Origin: Asterias rubens
Taxonomy: Eukaryota
Assembly: GCF_902459465.1 (NCBI RefSeq)
Contig: NC_047067.1
Span: 16,554,001-16,618,000, forward strand
DNA: 64,000 nucleotides
Direction of reading: 5' to 3'
Shown: positions 24,200 through 37,277 of the stretch, piece after piece
Position numbering within the stretch: the stretch's first letter is position 1
Layout of the letters: each line of letters opens with the position of its first letter
Notes under the pieces: model-generated
The model's input: the letters and a program-made list of their open reading frames with translations, nothing else
Databases searched by the model: none
What the model was told of the DNA's origin: nothing
Translations under genes and position numbers: made by a program

Positions 24200-24871
24200 G
24201 ACTTAGTCGACGATAGAGACATCGTAAGTCCAAATAAACAAAATGGACAGACGTTAAAATAATCACGCCTGTGTTGTATATTTACTTAAACATTATTTAC
24301 AACGAGAGTACGAGATTAAACTGAATTTGGTTGCTTTTCCTGCATATCTCAATATACAGGAAAACATCTCGCAAACAATAATTATCTACAAACTAACGAT
24401 AAATCACAGTAATATGTACAAGGTAACTCTATTATACATTTTCTCTAGTCACATGTTGTATAAATAAATGAAATAAAGTTATAAGCATAATATATGAAAA
24501 TAGAAAATCTTTACCTGTAAGTAGAAGACGAAGGAAAGGAAAGCTGTTTACGCGTCTTCTACAAGAATATGAATGACGGCGAAGTATAGTGCGCCGCCAA
24601 CGGTGTGAAAGCTGATTTGATTTTGGGGTGATTTGCATATATGAATATTTTTAACCAATGACGTAAGTCTACAATCTATTTTTAGAGGGGGTTATTATTC
24701 ATACCGGTGACATTCTCCCCTCTGTTGAAAACAAAATGGCGGCCTCGACATTTTACTGATTTACCAAAGCCGAATTTAGATTTCAATAAAAAACATATTA
24801 TTCTTTAACTACGAAAACAAATACATACACATACAGAGATAAATCGTTCTAAATTCACTCTGCAACCTTAA

Positions 24872-25360
24872 AGACCTGCTTGAACGAAAATGTCAAGTCG
24901 TGAACTTTGCTGAATTCCATTTAAAATGTTTTCAATGAATAAGGAAATCGAGTCATATGATTATAAATAGATTTTGATTGTGTAAAAAAACAATCATGTT
25001 AAATACCCTTATCCAGGGCTTTTCTGAGAGATTTGCGAAAAGCCCCGTTACGTAATCACTCTTAAAACGTCATAGTTGGGAGCTCCAATTTGTAAAGCCG
25101 CTTTGTTGTAGCGTGGAGGTATAACAAAGCAAACTCCCACAAATGACGTCAGCGGCATTGTCCTTTGGCGCGCGCTCTCAACGGCAGAAGTGTTTTTAGT
25201 TTTTCAAAACCTTTAGGTTGGGGCCTGATTTTTTAATCGATAATTACGAAAAACTGCGAAAAAGTGTAAACATATCAAAATTACATTAAAATGGTCAACA
25301 AGTGCATGTAAACAAGTCTAAATACCATTTTCGTTAAAAACCTTCCGCTCAGGTAGCTGT
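24872..25360. repeat. Kolobok-like non-autonomous element, TTAA-flanked
   Basis: TTAA at both ends; shares sequence with 1-227; TIRs match poorly. Confidence 0.5.
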
Positions 25361-25591
25361 TTAAGATCTTTGTGAACTAGGTAATGACTATAGCTTTAAT
25401 TTCTAGCTGTCATTCTATAACACAGCTTGAAAGCTGACCTCAACTGTTGTGTCTCTTTTTGGACACATGTGGGGAAAAAAATTACACATTGGGATTAACT
25501 TGGCTTGTGCTTTTGGGAAAGCCTTACAATGTAAACAAAATTAAACACAGTTTATTTTATACAATAGAAATAAAACAGCAACATTTTGCAA

Positions 25592-26170
25592 TTAATTACT
25601 CATGATTTGTGAGAAGAGAAATCTTCTACCGACTTTCATTCTCACTTCAGCCATCTCAGGGCTTTTCCACCTCGTCCACAACCTTTTACCAATTTTGAGC
25701 TTGGACTCATAGAGCTCTTGCAGTGATTTCTCTGAAGCTCTATGTTGTTTGGTTTGTCCAACGCACTCATATGTGAACCTGTCTGGTGGTTTACGCACTC
25801 TTTGCGGTCTTATTGGTAGCCGGTCGGGAGAATTCTTTGAAGGAGACTCGTCATCAGTCGTCTTTGGAGACTTGATGGTAGGTTCTACTTCGGACACGAT
25901 TTGTGAAGGAGAGTTAGCCTTTGAAGTTGAAGGAGAATTTGGATCAGAGATGCTGTCATCTAATGGGAGGAACATGCACGGTGTAAGCAAGTTTCGATGA
26001 AGAGTGCGTTCTTTACCGGTGTCCTGATTGCACACAACATACACTGGGACGTCTGGGTGTTTGGAGACTATAACGTATGGGTGAGTTTCCCATCTGTCTG
26101 CCAATTTCTGCATCCCAGTGATATGTTTATGTTGGACCAGCACACATGTAATTGCTTGAAGGGTGACTTA
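25592..26170 (-). mobile_element. Gypsy-type LTR retrotransposon, integrase C-terminal fragment
   Basis: KLADRWETHPYVIVSKHPDVPVYVV...RTLHRNLLTPC...RPQRVRKPPDRF. Confidence 0.8.
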
Positions 26171-26184
26171 GTCTCTTCTAGATA

Positions 26185-28110
26185 GGCTGTGCAGGGACAC
26201 ACCTCAAGGTCTTGAGGAGCTTACCAAGTGCTATAATACTACGCTAGCTGGTGCCTTCAATACACATGCTCCATTAAAGTCTAAGTTGGTCACCGCTAGG
26301 CCACGTCTACCTTGGTTTAGTCAAGAAATCAACTCTGCCTTGAGGATGAGGAGACGTGCAGAAAAGAAGTGGCGACAAACAAACCTGGTCTCTGATCTTT
26401 CAGAAAATAAGCATATAAGAAATAAGGTTACCTTTCTTCTTAATAAAGCTCGCTGCAATTTTTACAAAGACTTTTTTGAAAGTAATAGCTCCGACCAGAG
26501 GAAATTATTCAGAGCATCTAAAAAGCTGCTGGGGCATAATGTTGACGTCCTTATATCCACCTTTTAAAGATAAAACGACTCTTGCTAATGATATGGGTAG
26601 CTTTTTTGTAAAGAAAATATCTAATACTTGATGATATAGAAGTTTCAACCTCTGTGGACTGACCGTTATCTTTTACACCTGAAACAATGTCCAGTAACAT
26701 CCTGTTTGATAGTTTCATACCATTAACCGATTCACAGGGATCATGCGCTCTGGATCCCATGCCTACTAACCTTGTGGGTGAGTGCCTTGATGTTTTGCTT
26801 CCAGTAATTACCAAAATTATAAACTCATCATTAGTTTCTGGTACATGTACATTTCCTACTGACTGGAAAGAAGCTTCAATATGTCCTTTTTAAAAAGAAA
26901 CCCAATCTTGACATGAAATTAAAAAACTACCGTCCAATCAGTAACTTGCAATTTATGTCTAAATTAACTGAGAGGGCTGTTTGTGACCAACTTTATAGTC
27001 ACATGTCTAAACATTCCATGTTTCCTGTTCTCCAATCATCTTACCGGAAGCATCACAGTACTGAGACGGCTCTTATTAAGGTTGATGAGGATGAATTCCC
27101 AACATGTGATTCTGCTTGTCCTTTTAGACCCGAGTGTAGTGTTCGATACTGTTGATCATGAAACTTTATTGAAGCGTCTTCAGTCTAAACGTGGAGTCAC
27201 TGGCAAGGCACTCGATTGGTTTTCGTCCTATTTGTCAGATAGAAGTCAATGTGTATGAATTCAAGGTACCTTATCAGAGAAGTTTAACATCAACTGTGGT
27301 GTTCCTCAGGGATCCTGCTTGGGACCATTTCTTTTTATTGTATACATGTATGCCTCTAAATTGTTTGACATCGTTGAGCATCATCTCCGATGTCAAGCTG
27401 CTGTGACTATAATCGAAGATTGCATTAGGAACATCAGGCAATGGATGATACATGACCGGCTTTTAATTAATGATGCTAAAAGTGAATTGTTGATCATTGG
27501 ATCAAAGCAGCAGTTGAACAAAATTAATGTTTCCGATATAATGATAGGTGAAGCTACTGTTATTCCTACAACATGTGTTCGTAACTTGGGGTCTTGGTTT
27601 GATTCTGAACTTACAATGAACACCGACATTGCTCTGCAGCCTTTTTTCATCTTCACAACATCAAACGCATTAGTCAATTCCTTATTCACAACTCTCTTTT
27701 AAAACTCATTCATGCATTTGTGACCAGTCGTCTTGATTATTGTAATATCCTTTTGTATGGTCTAGTCTGCCAAAGTCACAGATAGCTAAACTACAAAGGG
27801 TTCAAAATGCAGCTGCCAGAATTGTTACCAATACACACCGGTTTTAACACATCACACCTATAATTCGTCAATTACATTGGCTGCCTGTTTCGTACAGGAA
27901 TAATTTTAAAATCCTGTGGTTGACATTCAAAGCTCTTCATGGTCTTTCTCCAAAGTACTTACAGGATCTTGTTGCCATCCGGAAAGTGTCTTCATATAAA
28001 CTTAGGTCAGGGAATGATGGTATTTTCTTAGATTATCCTTCTGGTAAAATGTTGACTACATTTGGTGATAGGGCTTTTTCAGTAGCAGCAGAAAGTCACC
28101 TTTTTTAAAT
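26185..28110 (+). mobile_element. L2-clade LINE linker + RT (decayed)
   Basis: [47 protein letters not shown]; many frameshifts. Confidence 0.88.
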
Positions 28111-28468
28111 GTAATATAAAAACCCACCTTGTTAAAATCGCTTTTTAGTGTCTTCTATGGTCACCTTGCCAGTTAGTTTAAAGTTTTAGCTTAGATAGGG
28201 TTAGAGGCGTCTGTCTCCTGAAAAGGTCAAAACATTATCGATGCCAGCAGGGATAGGCCTATGTAATAAGTAATTGTTAGTTCTCTATTGGCGGGACAGA
28301 CGTATCCCCATACTTCTGTTTGGGCACTGGCCTGGTGACCAGTCTTTTTCTCAGTCTTTTTCTTCCACTCTGTGCTTTTTAATACAGTATGTGTTTTGCG
28401 CATATGATCATTTTGTATGTAAGGGGCGCAATATACATGTAATATAGACATAATATAAATGATATTAT

Positions 28469-29923
28469 TATTAGGTGTTCGGGCAACAGCCCGAACAACT
28501 CATTGATTTTGTTCGTTTTTTTTTTTTTTTTTTTTTTTTTCTTATTCTTCTCGCTGTCGATTGTCCGCAAGAAAAAGCATAGATGCGAAGCTTGCATTAA
28601 GTTGAAACTTTGCACACAGGTAGACAATAACCAGTAGATGATACAAAAGTTTTTACGTCACGATGACGTCATCAGTTGACGAGATACACTAATTCAAAGT
28701 TTATTATTTCAAAAAATCATAACTTTTGATCTACATGAGGGATTTTTATAATCAATACATCATCGGAAAGGGCATTAAAAACTCCGTAAACGCCTCACAG
28801 ACATGACCCCATTTTGATTTTGTCTTCCGGCTCAAAAGAGAGGTTGAAAAATTCCAAATTCACGTCTAAAGAACAACGTAAATCCCCCGTTGGTATGTGC
28901 ATAAACATTACACTTAGGCATACACACAACGTGTAGTGTATTAGCTGTGCGGGAGAGTCACGCTCCAGTGATCATCCATAGAGCGCGAAAAAGCTTCATG
29001 TAGAATAGTCTTCGTTCAAGGCGTTTAACATTTTGACCTTGTCTTCTAATTCAAATCGAACTTATTGTATATTATCTACGACCGAACTACGTTGATAACA
29101 CCGGTTCCCGTCCAATCACTAAAGTTAAGCAAAATCGGGCTTGGTCAGTACTTGTATGGGCGACCAATTGGCGACCAAATTTTGTATGTTTTATTTTTTT
29201 ATTTAATTTTTTCTTCCCCTGTAATTAGCTTCGTGTTTAGTCTATTTTCAAGGCGTTTTCAACCAACATTTCTTTTCCGGTTAGTTAATATCTTCTTCAG
29301 TCGTCATTATGCATAAGGCTCCAACCACAAAAGCTATTTTGACAATCTATACATCATATGAAAGGGCTTTTAAGTACGTAGTCTGTTTTCAAGGCGTTTT
29401 CAACAAACATTTTCCTTCCGGTTAGTTAGTCTTTTCTCCAGTCGTCATTATGCATAAGTTCCTATGCCCTCAACCACACAAGCTATTTTGACAATCTACA
29501 TCATATGAAAGGGCTTTACAAACATAGTCTGTTTTCAAGGCGTTTTCAATAAACATTTTTTCCGGTTAGTTAGTCTCTTCTCCAGTCGCCATTATTCATC
29601 AGTTCACATTTCCTCGACCACAAAAGCTATTTTGACAATCTATACATCATATGAAAGGGCCTCACGTACTTCAAAAGAATTGGTATGTTGGTGACCTTCT
29701 CTTGACCTTTTGACCTTTTTAAACTGGAAGTGCCTGTAAAAGGCTTTGAAAAGGCATTATTTAAAGGCTTTTAGGTTGAAATGTAGTCTTTTTGATGCTT
29801 TACCATAAAATTATTTCACATCGAGAAAACTGTTTGGTTTTGATTTCTTTGCAATTTGACGAGTTATTAACAACACTTTTTCATTCATTCAAACACTGAC
29901 CCAACAATAGCCGAACACCTAGT
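28469..29923 (+). mobile_element. HINE-like non-autonomous element, family B copy 1, carrying a 5S-derived module
   Basis: TAGGTGTTCGG / CCGAACACCTA subterminal inverted repeats; 5' hairpin GTTCGGGC-AACA-GCCCGAAC; three ~143-bp core repeats; second copy 49441-51105. Confidence 0.7.
29074..29177 (+). pseudogene. 5S rRNA-derived sequence (about nt 1-95), 3' stem absent
   Basis: ATCTACGACC..ACACCGGTTCCCGTCCAATCACTAAAGTTAAGC..GGTCAGTACTTGTATGGGCGACC aligns by eye to the metazoan 5S consensus. Confidence 0.85.
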
Positions 29924-29931
29924 GTTTGTTT

Positions 29932-30132
29932 NNNNNNNNNNNNNNNNNNNNNNNNNNNNNNNNNNNNNNNNNNNNNNNNNNNNNNNNNNNNNNNNNNNNN
30001 NNNNNNNNNNNNNNNNNNNNNNNNNNNNNNNNNNNNNNNNNNNNNNNNNNNNNNNNNNNNNNNNNNNNNNNNNNNNNNNNNNNNNNNNNNNNNNNNNNNN
30101 NNNNNNNNNNNNNNNNNNNNNNNNNNNNNNNN
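29932..30132. other. Assembly gap (N run)
   Basis: Run of n. Confidence 1.
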
Positions 30133-30600
30133 GTCCTGCAGACATGGAACCCTCCAGCCTGGACCAATGGCAAAATGGTCAATCTGTGTTATAGTTCTAT
30201 GATCGTTTGAGATCCATGTTATCTTGTGGATATCCTTGTACTGGAACATGGATGAACCAATCTTGAGATCAATCATAGAGCAGAACTGTATGAAGTGGTC
30301 TCCATTCTCTGTTCGCCGTCCATATGCATGAGGGCCGAGAACATTTTCATATCCTGCTCGGTCTCAGCCTATCTGTGCGTTCATGTCCCCCATGACGATT
30401 TTTACGTGGGACCTGATCTACCAGGTCTTGCAGTTGTTGGTTGAAAACGTCCTTTTGTTCATCCTCATGGTCATTGGCAGGCCTCGACCTACAGCGGCCA
30501 CCACAGCGGCCATTGCCGCGATGCCCCAGCAAATTGCCGTGATGCCCCTTATAAAATCACGTACCTTACGGCCACTTGGCCATCATGCCTTTTCCATTGA
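30133..30600 (-). mobile_element. RTE-clade endonuclease fragment
   Basis: DEQKDVF..QLQDLVDQVP; IHKITWISNDHRTITQIDHFAI. Confidence 0.8.
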
Positions 30601-30665
30601 TCCCATAACATTATTTATTTGAAAGTGTTATTTTTTGTTAACATTGTGACCCATTTAATTATTAA

Positions 30666-30990
30666 AGGCAGTGGACACTATTGGTAATTACTCAAAATAA
30701 TTATTGGCATAAAACCTTACTTGGTGACGAATAATGGGGAGAGGTGGATGGTGTAAAACATTGTGAGAAACGGCTCCCTCTGAAGTGCCATACATGTAGT
30801 TTTCGAGAAAGAAGTAATTTGCCACGAACTTGATTTCGAGACCTCAAGTTTAGAACTTGAGGTCTCGAAATCAACCATCTAAACGCACACAACTTCGTGT
30901 TGCAAGGGTTATTTTTCATTCGCAAGTTTGATGACCGATTGAGCTCAAATTTTCACAGGTTTGTTATTTTATACTTATGTTGAGATACAC
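30666..30990. repeat. Truncated copy of the Kolobok-like MITE at 9420
   Basis: Same TTAAAGGCAGTGGACACTATTGG start and body. Confidence 0.8.
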
Positions 30991-31630
30991 CAACTGTTAC
31001 GCGTTTTTGCACTGATTTTGTCTATTGAGATCTGTATTTGTAGGGGATGGGGCCGGAGAGGCGTGCGGCCTGGGGCTGGATACAGTTTATGTTTTTCCCC
31101 TGGCTATTTCGCTGGTGTCCAAGGCTTGATGTTTTGGATTAATGTTTGTGACCCACCACTAGTGACCTGGTTGCCTTGCGACTTTCTTTTTCATTGCCAA
31201 ACACATGTTTGTGTACACACAACAAGCGTGGAGTTGTAAAGCATCAAGATCGGTATATACATGTATGGAGGTAACGGCAGAGCTCTACTTTTGGAAATCG
31301 TCATACTCCATTAAGTTCATTAGTGATTAATCAGCTTGCCATCCCACAAATGACGCAATAATAAGCAGAATGGCTGAAGTGGCAGCAAACTGTCAACATT
31401 CAGAAGCGTTTTTTAATTAGGTGCGTTTGTTTACATTTTCATAGTATTAATTTTAGCAGTCTATCTAGCGTGGCATGAGCGTTGGCATGCAACTTACATC
31501 TAGCTAAATACTATAGGCCAATTATTGTGTGCTATAAGGGGGTGGCCTATGGGGGGTTCGTTTTGAATGTTCATAATCATATTTATTAACAAATCAAACA
31601 AATTAAGAGATTTATATTAAATTTTAAGGT

Positions 31631-32250
31631 TCATTTTTCTGAATCAGCGGATTTTGTTGAGCCTCCGGGTTGTTGGTGGGTTGTTAGCGTGGGGTGGGTG
31701 GGGCTCGCTTGTCTCGCAGAGTTGGGGTGGTAGTCATGGTGAGCCGGGGATTGAGTTTTTTTTTTCAGATACATCCTCTGTATCCTTCTGTATGGAAAGC
31801 CTACCAGTTTGAGGTTGTTTCGCCGGGAATGACATTCCATTCTGTCGAGCACCGAGATTGTTAATCTTCTTCATTTCTACTTTCCACTTCAGCAAGCTGG
31901 GACCCAAGCTCTTCAACCTTGGAGGAAACTTCATATATCCGTGATGCCTCGAGGTCTAAAGCTGAAGCTATTTCTTTTTCCAGCGTTGACACCTTCCGGC
32001 TCGATCTTTGTTGCCTGTTTAGATCGGATGACAGCCTAGCTTGAACAGCGCCAAACATCTCCAGAAAAAATGACTCAAAATCTTCGCTGAGCGTCGATTG
32101 ACCATTGGCTGTCGCAGAATTCAGGGAGCCAGACACTGTAGTATGAGCTGTGATGGCCACCCTTTGTACCTGTCGTGAAAATCTAAACTTCAAATTGGAC
32201 TTTTTTCGCAGAAGAGCTGGCAGGGTCTTGAAACTATTTTAAGACAAGCG
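31631..32250 (-). pseudogene. LINE ORF1 (coiled coil + RRM start) fragment
   Basis: Heptad-like KVSTLEKEI...KVEELGSQLAEVE followed by ECHSRRNNLKLVGFP. Confidence 0.7.
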
Positions 32251-32545
32251 AATTTAAAATACCAGGCGAAACAACGAAAAGCAAAGAGGTGAATTTTGCA
32301 AGGCCAATGGAGCTGGTTTATCGTTGCGATCAGTCCCAGTTATTACCCATGATGCACCCTGTATTGTAAACTGACTGGCACCTCCCAGCAAAGATAGTGA
32401 CAAAATAAGAACATCACCAAATAGGGCTAGATACCTCAATTGGTAGAGCATTCAAACTGTTGTCATTCCTCTGTAAAAGCAGTAGTCAGGCCTAAAGTAC
32501 ATGTAATTGAATGGAATGGAAGAAATCTTTGATAAATAAGTTTAA

Positions 32546-32728
<183 letters not shown>

Positions 32729-33119
32729 TGATTAAAAAAATACACTTTTCACTGGAATATACAACTTACCAATCATGGCAACTGTTTTAGATCCAGGCTT
32801 TGTACATGTACAACAAATAAGCTCAAGCTACCGGCATAAAATGTGGTGGATTTGTAAATGTGATAATGTCTGACTTTTTAAGAGATTACACATTTTAGCC
32901 TATCTCACCTTTCTTGAACAAACGTGCAGGACATGATGATGGAAGGGATGATTTAGATCTTGTATCCTTCTAGATCTCTTCTTGCCATAATTATACATTT
33001 GCGGGATGCCGAAATGGGATGCTGAAAGTGGGGGTGGAGGGACACTTACATGTAGAGTCACAATACAAATCACTGTATCAAACAACTCATCCTAAGTTAA
33101 GACAAATCTAGTACTTTGT

Positions 33120-33890
33120 GAAATCGCACACTTGTCCGTCTTTTTTCTCCGTTTCTCATTATTTGTCGGTTCCAGTTTCGCACGGGACCCACTAGTGGTT
33201 CTTTCCCAGTCACGTTTTTACCCATTTTTTCCTCGATCCGTTAATTATTTTCCTGTCCTGTATCGATTTATACAAGTCCCTTTTCTTTTTTCCTTTCCTA
33301 TATTATAGCCCCAACCCCGTGCATTCTTCCCGTCATTTTATTTTTGCCGTCCCCTGTCTGTGTGCCCCTTCCCTATACCCCATCCCATACGTATCTAACC
33401 CGCGCCTCCCTACTCAAGGTTCCATGCATTTGCATTGTTCTTTGCTTGCCACTGTTTGCCCATAACTCATGTTTTCCACTTTTCAGTTGTGCGCAGGTCC
33501 CGCTAGTGGTTCAATTTCCCTTAGTCCCTTTTATACTCGCTTCAGTAAAAAAAAATTCCTTTTGCAGTTCCCCTACCACCGTCCCACAGACGTACTACTG
33601 TGTGCCCCTTCCTCTCCTCGTCCCAAAGTCTAATCAGCGCCCTCGTCCCTGTGATCCTGTACGTTGGCATTGTTCTTTGCTTGCACTTTTCCCTCATAAC
33701 TCATGTTTTCTAGTTTCGCGCTGGTCCCGCGAGTGGTTCTTTTGTTTATTTGTTCCTGTTCAGTTTATTATTCTCTTCTCCCATATTATCATTAGTCCTT
33801 TTTTTCCCCGTATTTTTTCCCCAGTCCTAGGAATTTGTTCCCACGCCCTAGGAATTAGTTCCCATCTACTTTCGCTGTACTTTTTTCTTA
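33120..33890 (+). repeat. Pyrimidine-rich repeat fragment related, in opposite orientation, to 52302-53277
   Basis: Recurrent GCACGGG(A/T)CCC..TAGTGG motif at about 33180, 33495 and 33720; its reverse complement at about 52960. Confidence 0.45.
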
Positions 33891-34360
33891 TAATGTAAAG
33901 TTCTGGTTTTTTGAGCTGAATGCTGGCAGTTTGACCATGCTTGTATGCCACATTTGTGTAACAAAAGGACAAAGGTCTGGAATTGGTCATACAATAACCC
34001 TCAAACAGGGATTTTACAATGCATGTTTTCAAGAACCTGTTGTAGCTCTTTGTATGGGTAAAACAAAACAACATGGTACATGTATAGGTGCCTGTCTGTG
34101 CATGTTAGACATTGGAAAGTCCAAGTGGATGTACACACGCCAGCTATCCAGTTGTCAGCAAAAAAATTATGACATTTGTAGGATGTGAACAAACAAAATT
34201 TCACCTGAAATCTTTTTTTTTATTTTTATTTTTTATATAAATTGTTGTCAATTCAAGAAACATTGAAGTGGCTTAAAGTCTGATACATGATACCAAGATC
34301 AGTGTGTGACGATTTACTTTTGTTGTTTTTATTATCTTATTCTTCTTTTCAAATGATCAG

Positions 34361-34427
34361 ATCTTTGAAGATGCATATAAGTCGCATGTAAGCTGTGTTG
34401 TTGTAGATGACATTGAAAGACTTCTTG
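34361..34427 (+). CDS. NSF: NSF exon with D2 Walker B region
   Basis: AG|[23 protein letters not shown]|GT; 67 nt. Confidence 0.96.
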
Positions 34428-37277
34428 GTGAGTTTTCATTGGTTTTTTAATCTATGCAACTTATTGGTTTTATTTTTTATTCAATCTCTTTTTGTCATTG
34501 TTTCTATTTCAGAGGCAAATTTGTTGATTTAGTTAAGAATTAAAAGTTTTTGATTTATTTTAGTTTTCTTTAACAAGACGTGGGTATGTAGCATGGTGTG
34601 GCTGGTCAAGCACACGTAAACTTGATTCAAGTCCCATTCTTGTGTAAGAGGTCCCTAAAAGACCACAGGGTGTGCAGTGAAAATGTGCTTAGAAATGGAG
34701 TTTCTTGGCGCACCTCTGGAAAAAATTAAAAAAGTGTCCGGATTTTGGGCAAAAAATACGCGTCCGGATTTTGGGCATTGTCTGGACATCGGCGCAACAA
34801 TTACTAGTAAGAAAGCATGGAAACTGTCTAGCTTAGATCTCACAGGCCACTCAGTTGAAGGTATTTTTGTTCAGAAGGTCTCCTTTTTTTGTTGCCATTA
34901 TTTCGTACTTTTTTTGCAAGCTTCGAAGAAGTACATGTACAGACAGCGTGGGCACAATAATAGTGGATACGTGAGGAATGAGGTTACTGTGACACGTTAC
35001 ACATGTAGCTCACACACAACCTCATTCCCCACGCACGTGTGCACTATTCCCCAATACGTCCACTATACACAAAGGTTTGAGACACGTTCATTGTTCGAGT
35101 GAATTCGCCGCTATTATTCAACACTGCGTTCTAAAATTAAAAGGGTTTTTTCTTTTCTGTTACAATTATTTTGATATTTTTCTTAATTTTGATTTCCACT
35201 TAATAGTTCATTCGTTGTTTGCATGTATTGTACGATTTAATAAAATTATATGGGGCGGCTTGTTTAGCGTGTTTTATTGAGTATTATCGTAGCGTCATAG
35301 TCAAGGCTCGAAATCGTATTTGCTACGCCCAAATCGTGTCTCTGCATATTGTACATCAATCATGAAACATCAACAAATAAGTTCATGAACTTATGTACCA
35401 GTTTATGTTGAATCGGTTTCTTTGCATTTAATCAAATTGAACGCATACTTTGTAGTATACACATCAAAGATAAAAACACAGATAAAACTTCATAGTTACC
35501 TGGCAATGTTAACATCAGCACAATCATGTTGTCATTAAACATGTGGGGACAAACTCCTCAACTCTGAAAGTGTCCTCATCAGCCAGCATCCATTGATTGT
35601 ATAGTGGGCATGTTCGGTCGTTTGACGCAGTCGCCTATGATCAATTCTGCTAGTAATATAACCAGCCGAACACCTTTTCAGCTGGAAGTTCACCTGAACA
35701 CAGTCTTATGAGAAAAAATTAAATTAAAATCATGGTGGTATTGTCACAAGAATGTTAAACTAGCTAGAGTTGATAGCGGGCCAGCCATGTCAAACACATC
35801 TCTAGCTGCATCATTCCCGAATGAAAATTGACCCTCAGAAAAATATTTTAACTGGTTTCTAATAAACTGGGGTATTTCAGACAAACAATTTTAAACGGTG
35901 CCTCACCGTTACAGTATGGATATATGATAAACAAGCAAGTTTTCACTCAGATAGAAATAGACAATCAAATTTTCCAGGTCACGTTCAAGGCCCCCACGTT
36001 CAAATAACAAAATAAAATAAAAACAAATGAAACAATTGTTATATAAAAAATTGAGTTAATAAAAAAATAAATCATGGCCATTGCATCATGATCATTGACA
36101 TTGTGTCAGATTGAAAGAAAGGATAAAGACTTGAACAAAAAATTGTTTCATTTACCGATTGGAATGTAGATCTAGTAACAATTTATGAGCATTTTTTTCC
36201 TGAAAATATTGCAAGGATCTATGTATTTTAAACAGCCAAAAAAGCATGATCAGATGTTTAGAGAGACAGTCAGTGAGTCACTGGAAATGCCGGACAAAAA
36301 ATTATTCAGAATCATTAAATCATATTGACAGATATTAATAGGTCTACAGCTATTGGTTAGTTCATCGCAACCGTCTTGTAAAGCCATCAATGATTGGTCA
36401 TTTTTTCCCCAGCCTCGCACTATACTTTGGAAATTATAGCTGTTAAATTGGTCCATCACAAGAAAACTGGCAAAGAGATCGATTGTGGATTTATGGTATG
36501 TTAATTACCATATTTTTCTCATGAATTTAAATTTTTTTTTATTTCATTAATTTAAAAATGCTCATGCCAGATATGCGTCGCAAAACTGCACGATAATCGG
36601 CTACGCCCACTGGTCTATAAGCATATTGTGCCAACTAGCAAACAAGCCGTATAGCATGCAGTGCACACTGGCCGTCAAAATGTAGCTATTTTGGTCCCGA
36701 GAATGTGACTAAAGTGAGTCGTGTCTTACTCCTGCACGTTGTTATCGAAAAATCTCCTTAAATGGGGAAAGGCCAATGGGAGCGTGGAAGCGCTGCCCCA
36801 CCAGTAAAACATTCATTACACTCTGTGACATCAGAGTGCAAGACATTGTTAGTGCACACGTCTAAACACAACAACACATGGGGGCTGGCAAACTCATTAG
36901 CAGGCAAGGGTGTCAGTATTATAAAACGTTGAGTTGCACTTCACAACGTTTCAACATTTGGAATGTGTGAAAATGTTGGGTTTTCGTTGCCAACAAACTC
37001 TCCAATTCGTTATACTGCTGCAGAGCTGCACGCAATGGACACTCGACATTTGCATGACAATGCCTGGCTGTTGAATCTGGACTTGCCAAAAGGTATGCGA
37101 CGTCGTAAACGAGGCAAAGCTGGTGGAGTAAAGAAACTTTTACGTAAACGGAGGTTCAGACCATATTTACCATCAGTTATAATGGGCAATGTACAATCAT
37201 TGAGAAATAAAGGTGATGAACTTCAAGCAAATACCCGGTATCTACATGATTACAGAAACATTTCCCTGATGTCATTC

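Noticed and set aside
29074-29177. Functional 5S rRNA gene
   Set aside because: The 3' stem is missing, the two copies differ from each other, and both are embedded in a mobile element; the same applies to 50035-50124
29881-30276. ORFs containing X runs
   Set aside because: Artefacts of translating through the N gap
33344-34188. Hydrophobic ORFs as membrane proteins
   Set aside because: They arise from pyrimidine-rich low-complexity repeat sequence
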